Origin: Macrostomum lignano
Taxonomy: Eukaryota
Length of the DNA stretch: 64,000 nucleotides
Reading direction: 5' to 3'
Assembly: GCA_002269645.1 (NCBI GenBank)
Contig: NIVC01002293.1
Coordinates: 62,001-126,000, forward strand
Below the pieces are notes generated by a model. The model made no database searches, was not told the origin of the DNA, and worked only from the letters and a program-made list of their open reading frames with translations. Within the stretch, counting starts at the first letter, position 1. The number at the start of each line of letters is the position of its first letter. A program made the translations under genes and the position numbers. This document shows positions 59,401-64,000 of the stretch, one piece after another.

Positions 59401-60229
59401 AGCATTGAAATTCAGTAATTCTCTCTAAAGAGTCTATAGCACTACTACAGCATTATAGCGATTCCCTGCAAGCCCTCGACATCGTAGGGATTCCAAATGA
59501 ATCTCTTAACTTCGACAAATGAAGCTTCTTTTTTTTTTACATTACGCTTTTTCTATCAGCGATCCCTCCCGTGAGGAGCCAACAAATAATGTAATAACTT
59601 TTTTCCAATAAACTACATGTAGCTTCTGACATTAGCCTTGACATCTCATTTATTCCCCCGTGAGCCTTGACATCTCAGCTATAGATAGATAGATAGATAG
59701 ATTCCCCTCGTAAGCCTTGACATGTCAGTGATGCCCCCCATAAACCTTGAAATCTAAAAAATCCCCTGTTAACCTTGAAACGCGCTAAAATATAACCCTC
59801 AACCCAAACCTGACGAAAACCTAACTTTCACCCAACCTAAAGCCTTGAAATCACAGCAATTCTTCTTCCCTAAGCCTTGGGATTTAAGTGATTCCTTCTT
59901 TAAGAATCACAGCACTATAACGATTCCCTCCAAGCTTTGACATCGTAGCAATTCCCAAATGAATCTTTTAACTTTGACATGACTTTTATTTTATGTATAC
60001 ATAGTGCTCCTTTTATTTTTACATGACTCTTCTTCTATCAGCGCCCCCCCCCCACCGTGGCAAGCCAACAAAGAATGCAATAAAAAACTTAAGTAAAGTA
60101 CATGTACTTTGAAGTAGCTTCTGACTTTTGCTTTAACATCTCAGAAACCCCCCTGTAATCTCAGTTATTCTCTGTGAGCCTTGACGTCTCAGTGATTCTC
60201 CCCAGCACAGCACTTTAGCTTCATTTAAT

Positions 60230-61145
60230 TTTTATATGACACTTCTTTCATGTCTGACATGACGCTTCTTTTGATTTTTACGTTACGCTTCTTTTATTCT
60301 TCCATGATGCTTTTTAATTTTTTAAATGACACTTTCATTAGTTTTTATATGAGGCTTCTATGATTTTTTCATGACGCTTCTATGTTAACATGACGCTTCT
60401 ATGCTTGTTTACATGAGGCTTCTATGATTGTTTACATGACGCTTCTATGATTGTTTACATGACGCTTGTATGATTGTTTACATGACGCTTCTATGATTTT
60501 TTACATGACGCTTCTATGATTTTTACATGACGCTTCTATGGTTTTTACATGACGCTTCTATGATTTTTTCATGACGCTTCTATGATTTTTACATGACGCT
60601 TCTATGATTTTTACATGACGCTTCTATGATTTTTTACATGACGCTTGTATGATTGTTTACAGGACGCTTCTATGATTGTTTACATGACGCTTCTATGATT
60701 TTTTATGACGCTTTTATGATTTTTTATGACGCTTTTATGATTGTTTACATGACGCTTCTATGATTTTTACATGACGCTTGTATGATTGTTTACATGACGC
60801 TTGTATGATTTTAACATGACGCTTCTATGATTTTTTACATTACGCTTCTATGATTGCTTGCATGACGCTTCTATGATTTTTTTATGACGCTTTTATGATT
60901 TTAACATGATGCTTCTATAATTTTTTTACATGACGCTTCTATGATTGTTTACATGACGCTTGTATGATTGTTTACATGACGCTTTTATGATTTTAACATG
61001 ACGCTTCTATGATTGTTTACATTACGCTTCTATGATTTTTACATGACGCTTCTATGATTTTTACATGACGCTTCTATGATTTTTACATGACGCTTTTATG
61101 ATTGTTTACATGACGCTTGTATGATTGTTTACATGACGCTTCCAT
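60230..61145. repeat. 21-22-bp AT-rich minisatellite
   Basis: (TTTACATGACGCTTCTATGAT[T])n. Confidence 0.94.
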
Positions 61146-61203
61146 AATTTTTTTTTGTCTTGGCGTTAAAAAGCTTTAATTAAAAAAACTCTACTCTCTA
61201 AAA

Positions 61204-61264
61204 ATTCGAACCATCGTCCCTGCATTTAGCAGTTTAGTCTGTTTACCTCTAGGCTAGCTCTCAT
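61204..61264 (-). other. Degenerate tRNA-derived (SINE-head-like) sequence, copy 1
   Basis: Minus strand GAGAGCTAGCCTAGAGG...ACTGCTAAATGCAGGGACGATGGTTCGAAT; homologous to copy 2. Confidence 0.5.
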
Positions 61265-61309
61265 GAATTTTAGTCATTACCCCTAAATAGAAAATATTCC
61301 CAAGACAGC

Positions 61310-61560
61310 AAGCATCCCCCCAGTAGCAAGCATCCCCTAATACTCCTAGCAAGCATCCACCTAGATAGCAAGCATCTGCAGATAGCAAGCATCTTGCAGA
61401 TAGCAAGCATCTTGCAGATAGCAAGCATACCCCAAATAATGTAGAAGCATCCTTCCAGATAGCAAGCATCCCCCAAATAATGTAGAAGCATCCTTCCAGA
61501 TAGCAAGCATCCTGCACATAGCAAGAATCCCTAAATAGCAAGCATCCCTGGATAGAAATA
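61310..61560. repeat. Degenerate ~19-bp TAGCAAGCATC repeat
   Basis: GATAGCAAGCATCTTGCA-type units. Confidence 0.85.
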
Positions 61561-61584
61561 ATCCTATACATGTAGCCAAGCTTA

Positions 61585-62368
61585 TCAAGCGCAGTAATCC
61601 TTGGCTATCGAGTGCAGTAATCCTTGGTTTATTAATGGCAATAATTCATGGCTTATCGAGTGCAGTAATCCTTGGTTTATTAATAGCAATAATCCTTGGC
61701 TTATCGAGTGCAGTAATCCTTGGTTTATTAATAGCAATAATTCATGGCTTATCGAGTGCAGTAATCCTTGGTTTATTAATAGCAATAATCCTTGGCTTAT
61801 CGAGTGCAGTAATCCTTGGTTTATTAATAGCAATAATCCTTGGCTTATCGAGTGCAGTAATCCTTGGTTTATTAATAGCAATAATCCTTGATAAATCAAG
61901 TGCAGTAATCCTTGGTTTGCCAAGAGCAATAGTCCTTGGTTTATTGAGTGCAGTAATTCATGGTTTATTAATAGCAATAATCCTTGGCTTATCAAGTGCA
62001 GTAATCCTTGGTTTATTAATAGCAATAATCCTTGGTTTATTAATAGCAATAATCCATGCCTTATCGAGTGCAGTAATCCTTGATTTATTAATAACAATAA
62101 TCCTTGGCTTATCGAGTGCAGTAATCCTTGGTTTGCCAAGAGCAATAGTCCTTGGTTTATTGAGTGCAGTAATCCTTGGTTTATTAATAGCAATAGTCCT
62201 TGGTTTATTGAGTGCAGTAATCCTTGGTTTATTAATAGCAATAATCCTTGGCTTATCGAGTGCAGTAATCCTTGGTTTATTAATAGCAATAATCCTTGGC
62301 TTATCGAGTGCAGTATTCCTTGGTTTGCCAAGAGCAATAATCCTTAGCTTATCGAGTGCAGTAATCTA
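61585..62368. repeat. 48-bp minisatellite (dimer of ~24-bp subunits)
   Basis: (GTGCAGTAATCCTTGGTTTATTAATAGCAATAATCCTTGGCTTATCGA)n. Confidence 0.95.
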
Positions 62369-62428
62369 AGTGTTTTTATTTAGTCCTTTAATAAAAGCTT
62401 TTAATAAAAAATTTTACACTACTACTTA

Positions 62429-62488
62429 GATTCGAACCCAGGTCGCTGCATTAGCAGTCTAGCTCTTCAGCTCTAGGCTAGCTCTCAT
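62429..62488 (-). other. Degenerate tRNA-derived (SINE-head-like) sequence, copy 2
   Basis: Minus strand ATGAGAGCTAGCCTAGAGCTGAAGAGCTAGACTGCTAATGCAGCGACCTGGGTTCGAATC: A-box-like TAGCCTAGAG, CTGCTAA loop, B-box GGTTCGAATC. No complete cloverleaf. Confidence 0.55.
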
Positions 62489-62982
62489 CGAAGTTATCAG
62501 TGAATTTGTACCACTTATATAATTCAACACTCACACCAAGTCAGGTAGAGTAAAAAGTCACGTGAAGCAGTTATGACATAATCAATTTCTTAGGCAAGTC
62601 AGTACCAGTGTCTATGAAAGCTAACAATATGGTTACGTAATATAAATTCAGTACTGCACTATGATTTCACACTCAAAGCTGTGACGCAATTCAATTGAGT
62701 GTCAAATTCAGCCAGTACACAGACGATAAATAAAGTGTATTGTGATGCAATCTATTTCAGAATCAGAATTCAACCAGTCAGTTTTTCTGCTAGCATTCTT
62801 ACAATGCATTTCAAGTCGAAAGAGCTGCTTGACCTTTGCAAAAAAGCATGTTTTTCGAATATTTAATCCCTTTAGCATCGAGCAATTTCTTAGCCACGAT
62901 GCATGTACCGTCACGGAAAAATTTCTGATCGAATGGTGCAAGTTTGAAGAAAATCGGTTGAGCCATTTTTGCTAAAATCGAT

Positions 62983-63013
<31 letters not shown>

Positions 63014-64000
63014 CGACAGACCATTTTTAGTATATGGAAGCGTGCAGTTACGTGTACTTATGCATGTACTTCTGGGAATTCGGTAATGAAATAGTACATT
63101 TAGTAGTGTATGAAGGCTCGCCAGCGCAAGAACCCCCTGCAAAAGTCCTCTCTGTCCCTGCATGGCCAATGCGATCTTAGTCCCAGCAGCGTCCCTTCTA
63201 TTCGGCTATGACTTCGAGATAGACAGCTAAAAGACACTAGATGGCAGGTAAGTGCAGTGCCCCTCTAGTCGGAAGTCCGATTTCGATAGCTCCGGTTTGG
63301 TGAGCCGGGGCGCACGGACTGGTGGTAGCGGGTTAGTTAATCTGCGGATTAGCTAATCTCTACCTTTCAAATTCTCCCTGCTTGTCTCTCGCTGTCTTCT
63401 CCTAGCTATAGGACCTTGCTGCTCGCCCACAATCTAGCTACCATGGGGCTGACCATCTGACAGGAGTGAGAGGCCAGAGTTCTAAGTGATTCATTTCCGA
63501 ATTCTGAGGCCCGAAGCTATAGGCTTAGAAAGGCCGAACCCATCAAATTGAAGAGAATGTCAGTTTTGATGAGCTACAGGTAAGTTTATCCCTTGCTCAA
63601 ATTTCTGCCGAGGAAAAAGCCTGATCTATTTACTACATAAGTGGCTACGTTTACACAAAAATGCACAAAAACTTGACTAAAAATGCATTCTGCTCGCTGA
63701 GCCGTGGAGTGGATTTCAGCTGGACTACAGTACAGTATGGCTAGGAAAGAAGTGCATTTGGGATAACTCCAGTAGTGGAATATAAAGGAAACTCCAGCAT
63801 TGGAGCGAGTACTGGATCGCTGATATAAATCCAGCATTGGAGCATCGGTGCTGGCTCCAATGCCGGAATTTCCTTATGCTCTAATGCTGGAGTCATACAT
63901 GTATCAGCTCCAATACTGGAGCTTCGGTTTTGGCACCGGAAAAGTGCAAATAACTCTACCGGACGACCTTCTGGCGCTCTGGGACCGGCGCCAATCGACT

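Overview
Eukaryotic (metazoan) genomic DNA. It has GC-rich exons, mostly GTGAG/GTAAG donors, and introns filled with minisatellites; this pattern resembles the flatworm Macrostomum lignano (inference, not verifiable here). I reconstructed five intron-containing genes by hand with phase-consistent GT-AG junctions: the 5' part of SPEF2 (-, runs off the left edge), an otopetrin proton channel (+, 736 aa), WDSUB1 (-, 606 aa), a B-type lamin with CaaX (-, 662 aa), and a secreted PAN/Apple + C-type lectin gene nested antisense in lamin intron 2 (+, 251 aa, needs a 28-nt intron). The right third holds an intact, very young Ty3/gypsy (Mag-like) LTR retrotransposon and several small non-autonomous DNA transposons with clear target-site duplications; a 44-bp near-perfect palindrome flanked by an 8-bp direct repeat lies near the SPEF2 promoter. 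About 30 distinct tandem arrays are present, and most long ORFs in the supplied track are artefacts of these arrays. No CRISPR, rRNA or intact tRNA is supported.
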